DNA of 63,713 bases, filler included, from Choristocarpus tenellus KU-1152 (taxonomy: Eukaryota > Protista > Phaeophyceae), in the NCBI GenBank assembly GCA_964200185.2. It is 11 parts of 11 records of this genome, joined end to end, with 100 filler letters (N's around TTAATTAATTAA, not from the genome) between each part and the next. Parts side by side here need not be neighbours in the genome. Positions count along the whole stretch, not along the records: positions 35,201 to 42,007 come from CAXNAD020007304.1; positions 42,108 to 45,375 come from CAXNAD020021153.1; positions 45,476 to 48,943 come from CAXNAD020019827.1; positions 49,044 to 56,404 come from CAXNAD020006268.1; 7 more parts are not named here. One strand, 5' to 3'. The notes beneath the pieces are model-generated. The model was not told the DNA's origin, made no database searches, and saw only the letters and a program-made list of their open reading frames with translations. Positions within the stretch are counted from its first letter, which is position 1, and the number at the start of each line of letters is the position of its first letter. Shown in pieces: positions 40,707-52,190 of the stretch. The position numbers and the translations under genes are program-made.

Positions 40707-41978
40707 TAGTATTGTTACTATTGGCAACACTATTTTTACCACTATTACTATTACTTCCGACTACTATTATTATAATTGTCACTATTTTGCTTCGTCTGGA
40801 ACTTCTCCACTACTTCTACCTAACCTAGCCTATTGACCCATGGTCAGATGGCAGTGCACACTGCACTAAATCTTCACTGCCTGTTGGATTACTATTGGAC
40901 AACAGGACAACACTACAACTAATTGCACTGCCCCGTGCTTAACTTCTTTTTTCCCCTCTTAAATTAGGTTCAGCCATCCCACCTCTCGTCGGTCTTCCTC
41001 CTCCCTTGAATCGTGCGCTTCCTCCCTCCATCCACACTGAATCTTTGCCACCATGATCAAGATCTTTTTACACATCCCTTTTTGTGGTTTACAACCGGAT
41101 AGTAATATACAGGTCTACGTTCCAAATACACGTCCAGTGAAAACAAATTTTCTGCGAGAAAAGTCCGACCTCTGCAACTATGGTTGGAAACTGCGCACTC
41201 GTGTGACAGAGTGCAAAGTGTGAGCGGTGAACCACCTGACCTATGTGGACGTGCTCAGTTGCACTGTGACTAATTGTATTGCCTCCAATCCTGCCTTGCT
41301 TCTCATGTTGGGTTCAGCACTCCCACTGGTTGTCCCTCCTTTCTCTCCTTCAGATCTTCTCCTGGACCTACCCCAAAGCTTTCACCTTGATCTCGATCCA
41401 GTGTTTTGTCGTATAGCTACAAACAAGAGAGTACAAGTGTACAATCCGTTGAGCTTGCACGTGGGGTAGATAGCAAAATCGAAACCAAATTTTGTTGAAA
41501 AGAAGAGCGGCATCAAAGGGGTTCGGACTCAGTAATGCAGGTAGCTGCCGCCTTAACGATTTGAGTAACAAAGACCCTACCATATTTAACTATGGCCTTT
41601 CAAGACATGTTCCCTAGTGTTACAAACAAAAATAAATCATGCAATGCCCGCTAGTTGGCACACATAGTCAATGACTGAAGTCCGCCATGTCATTGCTTAC
41701 GCACATTGAATTTAGCAAGGGGACTCTTCACTACCACCAGCCACGCCTGTCGAGTTTGCTTTTACACAACAGGATAATTCACTGTCATGTTATTGTTCCT
41801 CTTGTGTGTTAATCTGCTTCAAAGAGGTTACACACACATTAGAAAAGAACGAGCTCGCTTGCGATGCAGTCACAATCATTATGACTCTCATAGATACGTT
41901 GAAACACTTTCATGGAGATAGAAGAAGATTGGACTAGTGGAATTGGTCACCAAAAAGGACCACATTAAACCATACACA

Positions 41979-42007
41979 GATCCAAAGTATCTGGGGGCGG
42001 GGGGCGG
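41979..42007 (+). mobile_element. Partial short-type MITE at contig end
   Basis: GATCCAAAGTATCTGGGGGCGG running into the linker; another terminus lies at 42108-42133. Confidence 0.7.
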
Positions 42008-42133
42008 NNNNNNNNNNNNNNNNNNNNNNNNNNNNNNNNNNNNNNNNNNNNTTAATTAATTAANNNNNNNNNNNNNNNNNNNNNNNNNNNNNNNNNNNNN
42101 NNNNNNNCCCCCCCCTCCCAGATACTTTGGGTC

Positions 42134-42700
42134 ATCAGCCTCAAATTACTCCAGTCCCAGCTCCAGTAATGACGCTACAAGTAAAGCTTCCCAACTCCGT
42201 GATGCTTGTACAATCACATACAGTGATTTCTGTAGCTTTCCAACTGCCCCATCAAACTCAGCCACCACCCCCTCTGGCAGCTCCACATACAAATCTTCCT
42301 CCAGGTCTGCATTAGTGGAAGTCCTCACCATATTCAGGTCCCATCCCAACCGTGCTGTCAACACCAGAATCATCCGCAGGCTTGACATTTGTGCTGGTGG
42401 TGCGATTTTTTCATGCCAGTCAATTCCAGGCTGTTGTCGAAATCCTTGTACCACCAGTCTTGCTTTCCATCGCTCCACCAATCCCACTGCATTGACCTTT
42501 CTCGAAAAAATGAAATTCATTTTCAAGACATTTGCATCAGTTGGTTTGGGAACCTGAACCCATGTGCATTAAGCAATTAATCCATCAATCTCAGCATAGA
42601 TAGCCTCAAGCCACTCCTTAGACTCCCGAGACTCAAGCGCTGCCTTCACAATAAGAGGTACTGGAGGCAAATCACTCGCTTGAGTATCCCCTGGCCAGCC
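42134..42700 (-). mobile_element. Ty1/copia reverse transcriptase remnant
   Basis: VERWKARLVVQGFRQQPGIDW, NADLEEDLYVELPEG, KLQKSLY...QASRSW. Confidence 0.9.
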
Positions 42701-43025
42701 CAGTCCCAACTAATCACAAATCATATCCTCCACCTTACGTCTGACACCGATGACTGTTTGTCTAGTAGATATCTTCTGTGCCAGGGGAGTTTGTGATGGC
42801 CCCACATTATACTCCTGGAGCCAAGACAGCATCCTGGGTTCAGAGGGTTGTGACTGCCCTCCTGACCCAATACTCCCACTCCCATGCTGTGGAGGCGACG
42901 CATCCCTGTCCCCATCGACTAGTGCAGAAATCCTCGTCCCAGACTCCAATTGCTTTTGTGCATTCCCTGACCCCAGATGTTACTAATTTTAAATCCCATC
43001 ATGTATCTCGTTGGCATATTTCAAG

Positions 43026-45012
43026 ATGGTCAAGGAGGAGTTCTATATGCTAGTGCATCAAGCATAATTGAATTCGAGGATTGTTCTACCTTTCATAACA
43101 ACAATGCTGGTAAGTCTGTGCATCTTGTGTTTAATGATTGAGGAAAGTCCATATAGCCGTGTGTATTCTGAGTTGGACAGGGAACTGATTAATGGGTATT
43201 TCAATGTATGTTGATCTTGAAAAAAACATCTGAACATTAAAACCTTTCATAAATTTGTACAATGTAATTACAATCCTATTCCAACATTGAATGTTGTGAT
43301 CTCGTGGAACTGTTCAATTTCCTAAGAAGGGTTTATACTCACGCATTCAAGACTGATAAACATTGAAGCCTGGTCGTATTTTTTACGACCTATTTCCAGC
43401 ACTATGTAAAAGTGGTTTCAAACAGATGGTGTTCAATGTAATTTACCATTACTCTATATTAAAGTTTTGAATGAGGTCACTGTCTTTTTGCTTATTTATA
43501 GTCCATGGACGTAAGCTTTCTCTGCTGCGATTTGTCTTAATGAAATTTCACTTTTTATCTCAATACTCCTTTGTGCGGGATGAACTTGAACTTGTTAAGG
43601 ATGGCAGAATAATCCCAATTCCCGCAAGAAACTCCTTCACATAGAGGGTTGGGGTTAGATGAATATTGAATCTTGTGTATTTTGTAGAAACATGTTTTGA
43701 ATGAAAAGTTTCCGTGTAATGCTCGAGTCAATTTGTCCTATATGAAACTTGCTCATATCTTTTTCCTGCATCATTTTGGAATAATGACAGGCTCACTTGG
43801 AGGTGCAGTATATTTCCGAAGCTCATCCTCTCTTACTTTGAAAGGCTATTCTACCTTTCGTGGAAACAGTGCTGGTAAGTCCATGTGTTTCTTTGTTCTA
43901 CCCATCGGTGAGTACTTTTGGTCAGAATGTAATGCATTTTTGTAAGTCTTCGTGTATGTTTTTTGTCTTTATTATTGGTAAACCTTGGGTTATCTGTTGC
44001 CCAACTTGAAATAGCAGTGTGACATCATGATGCCGGTGCATGTGATCATAATTTGTATTTGATGAGTGAAGTATCTTTGAGGGTACGAGATTTGCCCTGT
44101 TTGTCCATTTTGAGTGGCTGCCCATGGGTTTTTAATGACGTATTCCTACTCCAGAATGTTTAGGAGTAGGTAAAATGTTTATATTATGGGAAGGTGTGTC
44201 CGGAACAAGGATGTTGACACTTTCCTCACAAACATAATATCCAAAATTTCATCAACATCGCGACATTGGATTTTGGCCCCCAAAAGGACGCGGCCCTACC
44301 CTCCAAGATGCTTTAGGTCTGATACTGACAATGAATTGATCTAATGGCAATTACTAGAGTTTGGTGTAAGAAATGAGTTGGCGCTTTTATATGTGCATCG
44401 TGAACAGACCATTGCTATGATCTTGATAAGTATTCATTAAAATTGCTGTGCAATATAATATGTTGATGACTTTTCTGCAGATATTCACATGTTCTGCTTT
44501 GTGGATACCACAATTTTGATCTCTAATTTTTTACGTAATTTTCTTGTGATATGCCAAAGAGAACATCTTTCCATTTTATACTAATGTGTACATATTTACA
44601 TTTGACAGGGTTGGAAAGGGATGCAGGAGCTATTCGAGTGTATGAGTCAAGCAATCTGACCATGGCAGGGGTTTTATCCTTTGAAGGTAACATAGCAGGT
44701 AAGTGAACGTTTTTCATAGGGGTTGATTAATTAGAATTAAAAGTATATATTACAGCTCTGATGAATATCAACAATTTTTCAGGTATCCAAAAAACTTCCA
44801 TGAACAATGGTGTCACATAGGGTTATTTGTTTCTAGTATAATACCCTCAGAAGGCATAAAATATTATGCAATATAATTACTACCTACTCAAGTGATCACC
44901 ATCTCACTCCTCTTTCACATATTTACAGGTAATGATGGAGGAGCCATCGCCATTGAGAAATCTTCAATACTACTCTCTCAAGGCAATTCCACGTTCACAA
45001 GAAATTTGGCAT
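43026..45012 (+). CDS. Partial gene with polymorphic-membrane-protein-type (GGA[I/V]...FxxN) beta-helix repeats, one repeat per exon
   Basis: AG/GT-bounded phase-1 exons: 43026-43109 (xGQGGVLYASASSIIEFEDCSTFHNNNA), 43791-43874 (GSLGGAVYFRSSSSLTLKGYSTFRGNSA), 44609-44698 (GLERDAGAIRVYESSNLTMAGVLSFEGNIA), 44929-45012 (GNDGGAIAIEKSSILLSQGNSTFTRNLA). Confidence 0.8.
44064..44319 (-). mobile_element. Long-type MITE, 4-bp TSD, intronic
   Basis: GAGTGAAGTATCTTTGAGGGTA...TACCCTCCAAGATGCTTTAGGTC; TSD TGAT. Confidence 0.88.
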
Positions 45013-45475
45013 GTACGTGAAGGTTTAATATGGTTTCACACCAAACACTCTTGGTCTGGTAGAAAACATGAACAAGGGATTTCAAATCAAGTATGAAATT
45101 TTTGGGGGGGCATTTGATATCAGCACTGAAAGTGACAATGTCAAAAATATTAACATCGACACCAGATATTCATAGTTCAAATCCACGTCCGTAATACATT
45201 TTCTGTACTCTCATATACTAGTCAAACATCAAACATGGATGTTCATATAGAGTTCTCATCTGCTGAACAGCATTAGAGACCTCGTATTTCTGTCCCTTTG
45301 AAATAGTCTTCACCTCTTTCTTTCCAATACTGCCATTACTATTGCTAATGTCTTTGCACCCCTCAGCATGGTGTCNNNNNNNNNNNNNNNNNNNNNNNNN
45401 NNNNNNNNNNNNNNNNNNNTTAATTAATTAANNNNNNNNNNNNNNNNNNNNNNNNNNNNNNNNNNNNNNNNNNNN

Positions 45476-47100
45476 CATTGGCATCCCAGATTGCCCATCT
45501 GGTAATATATGCCTTCCCGCTCAACAAAGGCCCCCCACACATCATACAACAAGTTTGAGGAGTGTTTACTTTACCAGCATGTGGCACCAGCGAGGTACCC
45601 CTGTAGTTCCCACATTCAGCTCCATCCCTCTTCTTGTGGATGGTTTTGATGACCTTCCACTTCTGAGAGACCTCTGAGCATGAATGATGCAATGGAAGAC
45701 CTGCAGGGAAAGGGTCTCATCAAGTCCCAGCTTCAGGAGTTTCACTGGAAGGTCATGTGGGTCCATAGGCTTTCAATTAACCAGAGAGCATTTGGCATTC
45801 CTCATTTCCCCAATAGTAGGCTACTCAGCATGTGGCAAGCAAAAGATTGAATGAGTTGATGATATTAGGGTCAAGTTTGGTCAATTTTGTATTCAATAGT
45901 GCTTAGAAATGTCTCACCCATTGCCAAAGAATATTTCCTGGTTCTTGTAGCAATCAGCCAGTCTCATCTCAAATCAATGGAGATCCAATCTGTTTAGCTC
46001 CAAGAGTGAAAGTATCTTAGAGGGTACGAGTTTTTACCTGTTTGTCAATTTGGGGCTTGACTTCCTACAGGTTTTTAATGACCTTTACCTACTCCAAAGT
46101 GTTTCGGAGTAGGTAAAATGTGTATGTTATGAGGGACTGTGACCGGAACAAGGATAATGACAGTTCCTAACAGTCATGATAGTCAAAATTAAATAAAAAT
46201 TGCAACATTGGATTTTGGCCCCCAAATGGACGCGGCTCTACCCTCTAAGATGCTTTGACTCCCAATCCACATCAAAGCCTTTGATATGTTGGTAGAAACC
46301 AATCTGACCCCCACTTTGAATATATTTTTCCATCTCTGAGGTGTCGGCAATAAAGAAGTCCTGCACAGTCGAGGATCAAAGTCTTTGTCAGTCATCTTCA
46401 AGGCCTTTTCTTGCCAAGCCTCCAGGATCCTCCATCAAACGTCAGGGCTGGCACACTATCTTAGACAAAAAAAAATCGTGTTAGATGTCAAGTCAGCTCA
46501 GTGGCAGTCTCCAGCATACATGGAATGTACAAATATGCGATGATATCAACATCCGCAATCATCACCTCTCAAAGACTACAGAACTTCTCAGTAATAGGAT
46601 CCGATAGAGCAGTCCACAACTGAAGATCCGAGGTCAAGGTATGGCGATAAAAATATCGATCTCCCCCTTAAGTGGTTGTATCCTCCAATTTGGTGTGAAT
46701 CGACCAAGGAGGCAAACTGACGCCGATACAAATGGTGGTCTGATACCAGGACAGGATGTACCGTCACATTCCGAATGAGATGTCTAGACACATGATAATG
46801 AAATCAAGGCAGCATCTCGCCCTCGAGGCTCATGTACATAGGTGTGCTGCAAAATGTGTTTTCGAGTGCAAGCTTGTGCATCACAGCAAATCTCAGCAAC
46901 CACATACAATTATAATTTAGTTCACCACATCCACAAGCCCCCAGAACCAGGTTATCACTTCCTGCCCCCCCCTTCACTTTTCCATCCAGTTCAAGTGTTT
47001 GCATCCACTAAGACATGTAGTTTCTCCTTAGAGGGAGGACACCTCCCACAATCTTTTAAGATTTTCCCAGAAGAGATCCGTCTCCCCATTGCTGTCTATC
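45476..47100 (-). mobile_element. RTE-like non-LTR retrotransposon remnant (APE endonuclease plus start of RT)
   Basis: VLGACGCGELN...[60 protein letters not shown]. Confidence 0.85.
46004..46261 (-). mobile_element. Long-type MITE, 4-bp TSD, inserted in the LINE
   Basis: GAGTGAAAGTATCTTAGAGGGTA...TACCCTCTAAGATGCTTTGACTC; TSD CCAA. Confidence 0.9.
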
Positions 47101-47631
47101 TCCTTCCGGCATTTGCCTGTAACCAACTCATGTGTCCTCTTAATAGGTTATGATGTATTTGCTGAACTGTTTTTCGAGTACAAGTGTGCTCGAACTCCTT
47201 CAGTCAAGCAATACAAAAACTAGAGTTGCGAATTAGTAAATACTACAAACGAATTTGAATGGTCACTTCTTGACTACCCAAAATTTAAGGTCTAAACAAT
47301 TATTAATGTTAAAAAAAACGTAAAAAGAGATGCCTTTGTTGGCAAACATTCCTTGTGCTGGAGCAACGAGGTAGTATCAGCACGTTTGCATACATACTAT
47401 GCTGCTGCTTTCATTATCTTCTGTATTCATCTCCTCCCTTTTGACAACACCTACACTCAAACCCTGCTTGGCATACAATATTTTATATAAAGTACCAAAT
47501 AGAAATACAATCACTAGAAATTGCAAGCAATTGCTACATAGATGGGTGTTTTATGGGGAGGTGATGAAGTGGAAATTCCCCTTTTTCAATGTAGCTCTTC
47601 TTCTGGCTACTACTGCGACCCATTTTTGGAA

Positions 47632-47889
47632 GAGTCAAAGTATCTTAGATGGTAGATCCACATCCGTTAGGGGGGGCAATATTCAATGTTGCGATTTTGA
47701 TGTAATTTTGACTATCGTGTTTGTTACGAAGTGTCAATATCCTTGTTCCAGAAAAACCTTTCATAACATATACATATTACCTACTCCGAAATATTTGGGA
47801 GTAGGAAAATGTAATAAAACGTCCGTGGGAAGTCACGCCCCAAATAGACAAACAGGGCAAAACTCGTACCCTCTAAAATACTTTCACTT
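47632..47889 (+). mobile_element. Long-type MITE
   Basis: GAGTCAAAGTATCTTAGATGGTA...TACCCTCTAAAATACTTTCACT; TSD imperfect. Confidence 0.85.
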
Positions 47890-48901
47890 GAAGGCATGAG
47901 CGAAGGGCGTGGAGTGAATGAAGTAAGATGGGAGTTCGTCCAGAAAATATCTCACCTCAAACTGAGTCCCTCCCCAGTACTGGGTACTTCTTACCATGTG
48001 GTGGAGCAGTATACCTCTGTGCTAAGACCCAAGGGACCCATAACACTAATGATTTGCTAGTCACAATTCTTCTGACCAGAGATAGTCCTAATTGTGGACC
48101 CAGTGCATCCACAAATACACCAAACTCCATGGGCCGTTTGCTCCTGTGATGTCAACCTAGGATTGATTGACAAAGTGAGTATGAGAGACACATGTCTATC
48201 ATCAAGAGCGAAATTTTCCACAAAGCAATGTAAGGACGATTCTATCTACTGAACGAAACGCCCTCCCGAGTATGTACTCTGCATGTGCCCTCTCAGTTTT
48301 GCAGATGGATACTACCTGGGTTGATCTCGACCAATACTTTCTTCGCCAGCAGTTAGTGGATGTGGCACTGTCAATACCATCTATCCCATAGGTGGAAACT
48401 AAAAAAACGTCATGTATTTATAGTATTTGTTTTGGGATTTGTTCGATTCTGTCGATTCTTCTCAAGGAACCGCTGTAGTCTTAATGCTAAATACGAAGCA
48501 GATATCAAGACTGACTTATATCCCAGCAGCATGAGAACGAAAGTGAAAGGGGAGGTCACCCAAACAACATGACTAGTCCCATTCTCTTTCCTCCCTTGAC
48601 GGCCTCCCTAAGTGCTGCCTCAATCTTATCATGCCATCATAATCCACCCAATGTGTCAAAGGTCTCATTCCGTAGAATGCACCATAAAGGTCTTGTCTAC
48701 ATCACAAAAAAAAAAATCTTCTCCAGGCAAACAAAGAGACTAGAATCTCGCAGTAGTTGATGCAAAATAGTTCTACAATACCTCACATACAGTCCACAAC
48801 ATGAATGCCACTCAGTATCAACGTCTTGTCCCATAACATAACTGTCCAGTCAGCAAATAATATAAATATATAGTACCCCTTCTTGCCACTCCTTGCCTGT
48901 T

Positions 48902-48943
48902 GAGCCAAAGTATCTGAGAGGGCAGGGCCGCGTCCATTTGGGG
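48902..48943 (+). mobile_element. Partial long-type MITE at contig end
   Basis: GAGCCAAAGTATCTGAGAGGGCAGGGCCGCGTCCATTTGGGG. Confidence 0.85.
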
Positions 48944-49043
48944 NNNNNNNNNNNNNNNNNNNNNNNNNNNNNNNNNNNNNNNNNNNNTTAATTAATTAAN
49001 NNNNNNNNNNNNNNNNNNNNNNNNNNNNNNNNNNNNNNNNNNN

Positions 49044-51153
49044 CGCTTGCTGTGCGGAACGCCCTCGCAATGGTCCCTGGTGAGCATAAACTGCCGTGAC
49101 ACGTTGGGCTGCAGCAGAGTTTGAAGTATCCGAGCGTTACATGCGAGAGGATATCGCCGATCAGCTCACCCGTGGTCACACGCTAGGCCTAGGGGTGGCG
49201 GCACGTAGTGGGTGGTCTTCGGAGCTCACACCGGCCAAGATGGCCGCAATACATCGTGTCAATTCTGATAATCGACCATCCATTGTGCGTCAGGTGACAA
49301 TGAAGATGTCCGCCAAGGGGCTGAATTTTAGCATGAGCACCATAAACAGGTGGTTGGATGATATGGAGGCCATACCGAATTGCTGCTGGATCATACCCAA
49401 GCTTAAATCGTGACAAAAGGTATGGAGAATGGACTTTGTTTGCGATCAAGTGGACCGGAAACATGATGTGTATGCCTCCATGGAAAACGCGATCCATATG
49501 TGGATGAAACCTGGTTTTACGTGATGGCTGATGGGGAAAGGGTTAGGATATTTCCGCATGAGGATGATAGCGACCTTCCAGGGTCCCTTACTATGCAGCA
49601 CAAGAGTTATATCCCCCAAACCATGATCATTGCAGCCAATACCCGCCCAGATTCGGCTCATAGCTTTGATGGAAAGCTTGGTGTTTAGCGTGTGTGTGCG
49701 CCAAAAACGGCAGACAGGACAAGCAAGAACCATAGAAAGGGGGATGTATGTGAGCAGGACCGTACTTTAGACCATTTGTGCTACAGGAAGCGGTACACGG
49801 AGGAGTTACTGCCTGCAATCAAGACCAAGATTCCTTGGTTGCAGGGCAAGCACGTTGTCGTTCAGCAAGACGGTGCCACCCTCCACAGAGGCAAGGGCAA
49901 CTCAGAAATCTTGTCAGGGGCAGGGAAAACTGAAGGGTGGTCAATAAGGCTTGTGATGCAGCCATCTAACTCCCCCAACCTCAATATCATGGACCTGTGT
50001 TGAAACCTGAATCAAATGCATCGTACTTATGAGCAAAATACGTAGGCTACGAGCGATGAGGAATCATGGTGTTGCAAAGCACCGATGAGTAAAAATGCGT
50101 AGACTGTGCTGTGAATAGATGTGATTGTGCTGCAAAGTACCGATATATTTATTCTATTCTAACTGAGGTCGTTGATCGCTCAGTCAAGAATGATGTGATG
50201 TGAGTTCAGTGTTCATTCTTGAGACACTCAACGAAAGATGTCCATGCTCTGTGGAGAGGTTTGTTACCTTGGCTAGCAAGGGCTTCCACGGATGGTTCTA
50301 ACTCTGATTATATTACGTCCAGATGTGTAGCTGGTATACTCGTATTGTAGTGAGAGCTTGGTGTATTGTGAGGGATCAATGACAACCAAGGAAAAAATAA
50401 TAACCAACAATTATTTTGCAGATGGAGTCTTCTGCTGGTAAAAAGAAGATGACAGACAACAGCAACGAAAAAAACAGAAGGTAACAGAAGAACACACTTG
50501 GATCAATATCCGAAGTAACTTGAATGATGCATGCTATGATGTTCCTGAGTGTGATATGTATCAACTGATCCTATACTTCGATCTACTGTTATTGATTGAT
50601 GATGAGTTGAGATGCAGAATAAACAAATGGACAATAACAACCAGTGCAGTGAACAAATCAACAATCAGTACGAGCTGGCAGTTCTGTATCATATGTATCA
50701 AGAAGAAACAAATGAGTAGCCCAAGTTTTAACAACCTGTGCTTCTTCAGGTCTTTGAAATGCTGGGTGATGGGGGAGCTGTTTGGGTCCGTCAAGGAGAT
50801 GGTGAAGATCATTGAGAAACAGTATAAGGAGTATGATGAAACCACACTTGAGAGGGCTTGGCAGCTCCTTTTTGTGGTGTACTCAGATACAAAGGGGGGA
50901 ATGACTTCAGTGTGGAGCACACAGGGTTAAGGAAGAGGCAGTTGTCTGGTGAGCTTGAAAACAGGCGGAAGGTAGACATGGAGGCTTTTTCTGTGGCTGA
51001 TAAAATTGTGATGGATGGGGAGTAGTAATAATAGAAAGAGCTGACCCTAACCAGAAATTCGTCAAGGATTCCAAATCTTCTTCCAGAAATGAATTTCATC
51101 AACATTTTCAAAAGTTATGGACAACGCGGCACAGACTTATGGCACGGAGGTAG
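49044..51153 (+). mobile_element. Decayed plant-type mariner transposon interrupted by a solo LTR
   Basis: DETWFY, QHKSYIPQTMI, FDGKLG, QQDGATLH, QPSNSPNLNIMDL|CFFRSLK (40 residues between the 2nd and 3rd Asp). 3' TIR CAGACTTATGGCACGGAGGTAG+TA. Confidence 0.9.
49998..50733. mobile_element. Solo LTR (736 bp)
   Basis: TGTTGAAAC...GTTTTAACA termini; perfect 5-bp TSD ACCTG (49993-49997, 50734-50738). Excision restores the transposase frame MDLCFF. Confidence 0.88.
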
Positions 51154-51899
51154 TACGCAGATTGTTGCCGAGGGAAATGTTGAAGGGGAAGGTAGCTATT
51201 GAAAGTTGAGAAAGGGGAAGAGTGTTGTGGCTAGGGCTAGTACTTCCTCACCACCTCCTATCCCGAGCAGGTGGATTGCTTGCAAACAGAAATGGCTGTA
51301 GTACACCCGAACTTCTGTCTGACACATGCTGATGTCATGATTTTAGTGGCCATCTTCAACTGCCTGTTGCCCAACACAGACGTGCAGACAGGGTATAAGT
51401 CAGGTTCGAGGGTAAAAAAGGAAACCAAAATGGTAAAGGGGCTGTTATAACCCGCATGATGAAGGGGCAGGGTCAAAGGAAGGTGAAAGGAGGACCTGGG
51501 AGGCATGACAAGGGAGGAAGCAGCTGTGGAGATGCCAAGTGAGCTGATGGACAGGGACGAGAGTCTATCATCCGATAGTCCACTCATGACACACAGAGAT
51601 GAGGACAGGCGAAAAGTGTGGGCAAGGGAACAAGCAACATAAACTCTCCGCATAATGGGTCAAGGTATGCGGTCTAAAGTCTGGCAAATACGCCCGACAC
51701 TCAGGGAGAATAGGGGAGGCAACACAGCTAGCAACAAAAAAAGGGGTGGGGAGCCCAGTCAACCTGTTACGGAAGAGCCAGCCCTGGACATATATCAGTT
51801 CATCATCCCCAACCCCACTAGGTGTGGTGGGTAGTCATCTAGGTGGGAAGAACAGAAGCTGCAGCTACTTCCTCTCCTTGGAAATATAGTGCAGGTTGG

Positions 51900-52190
51900 G
51901 ATTTCAGACAATATGGTCCTTGTGCTGAACGTTGCTGCCTGGAGACTTAACATCATAGACGTAGAAATTGTGGCTGTCGTTGTAGATGAAAACCACTTAA
52001 CATCCACATGCACGAAGTATTTTAAATAGTGGAAGGTGGCCTCCAGGTCCCTCAATGACCCAGTTTGTTGCCCACCTCAACTTTGTAACTTGCACTCATC
52101 AGTAAGCAACAGCTGAAGGAGATAGATTGAGCACACCCGAAATCTAGTTTCTCCTCTTCATCATGCAGAGTGGATAGGGGGATGCCCAAC
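51900..52190 (-). mobile_element. Mariner transposase fragment
   Basis: IPLSTLH, LLTDECKL, FVHVDVKWF and QHKDHI remnants. Confidence 0.55.

Noticed and set aside
43140-43150. GAGGAAAGTCC, matching the RNase P RNA conserved region I
   Set aside because: An isolated 11-mer in an intron with no other RNase P motif or pairing; compatible with chance.
47399-47899. 166-aa ORF and similar short ORFs in the supplied track
   Set aside because: Runs through a MITE. Most short ORFs listed are antisense, intronic or repeat-derived and have no protein signature.
48307-48400. ATACTACCTGG resembling the U1 snRNA 5' end
   Set aside because: Lacks one T of ATACTTACCTG, and no U1 loop motifs or Sm site follow.
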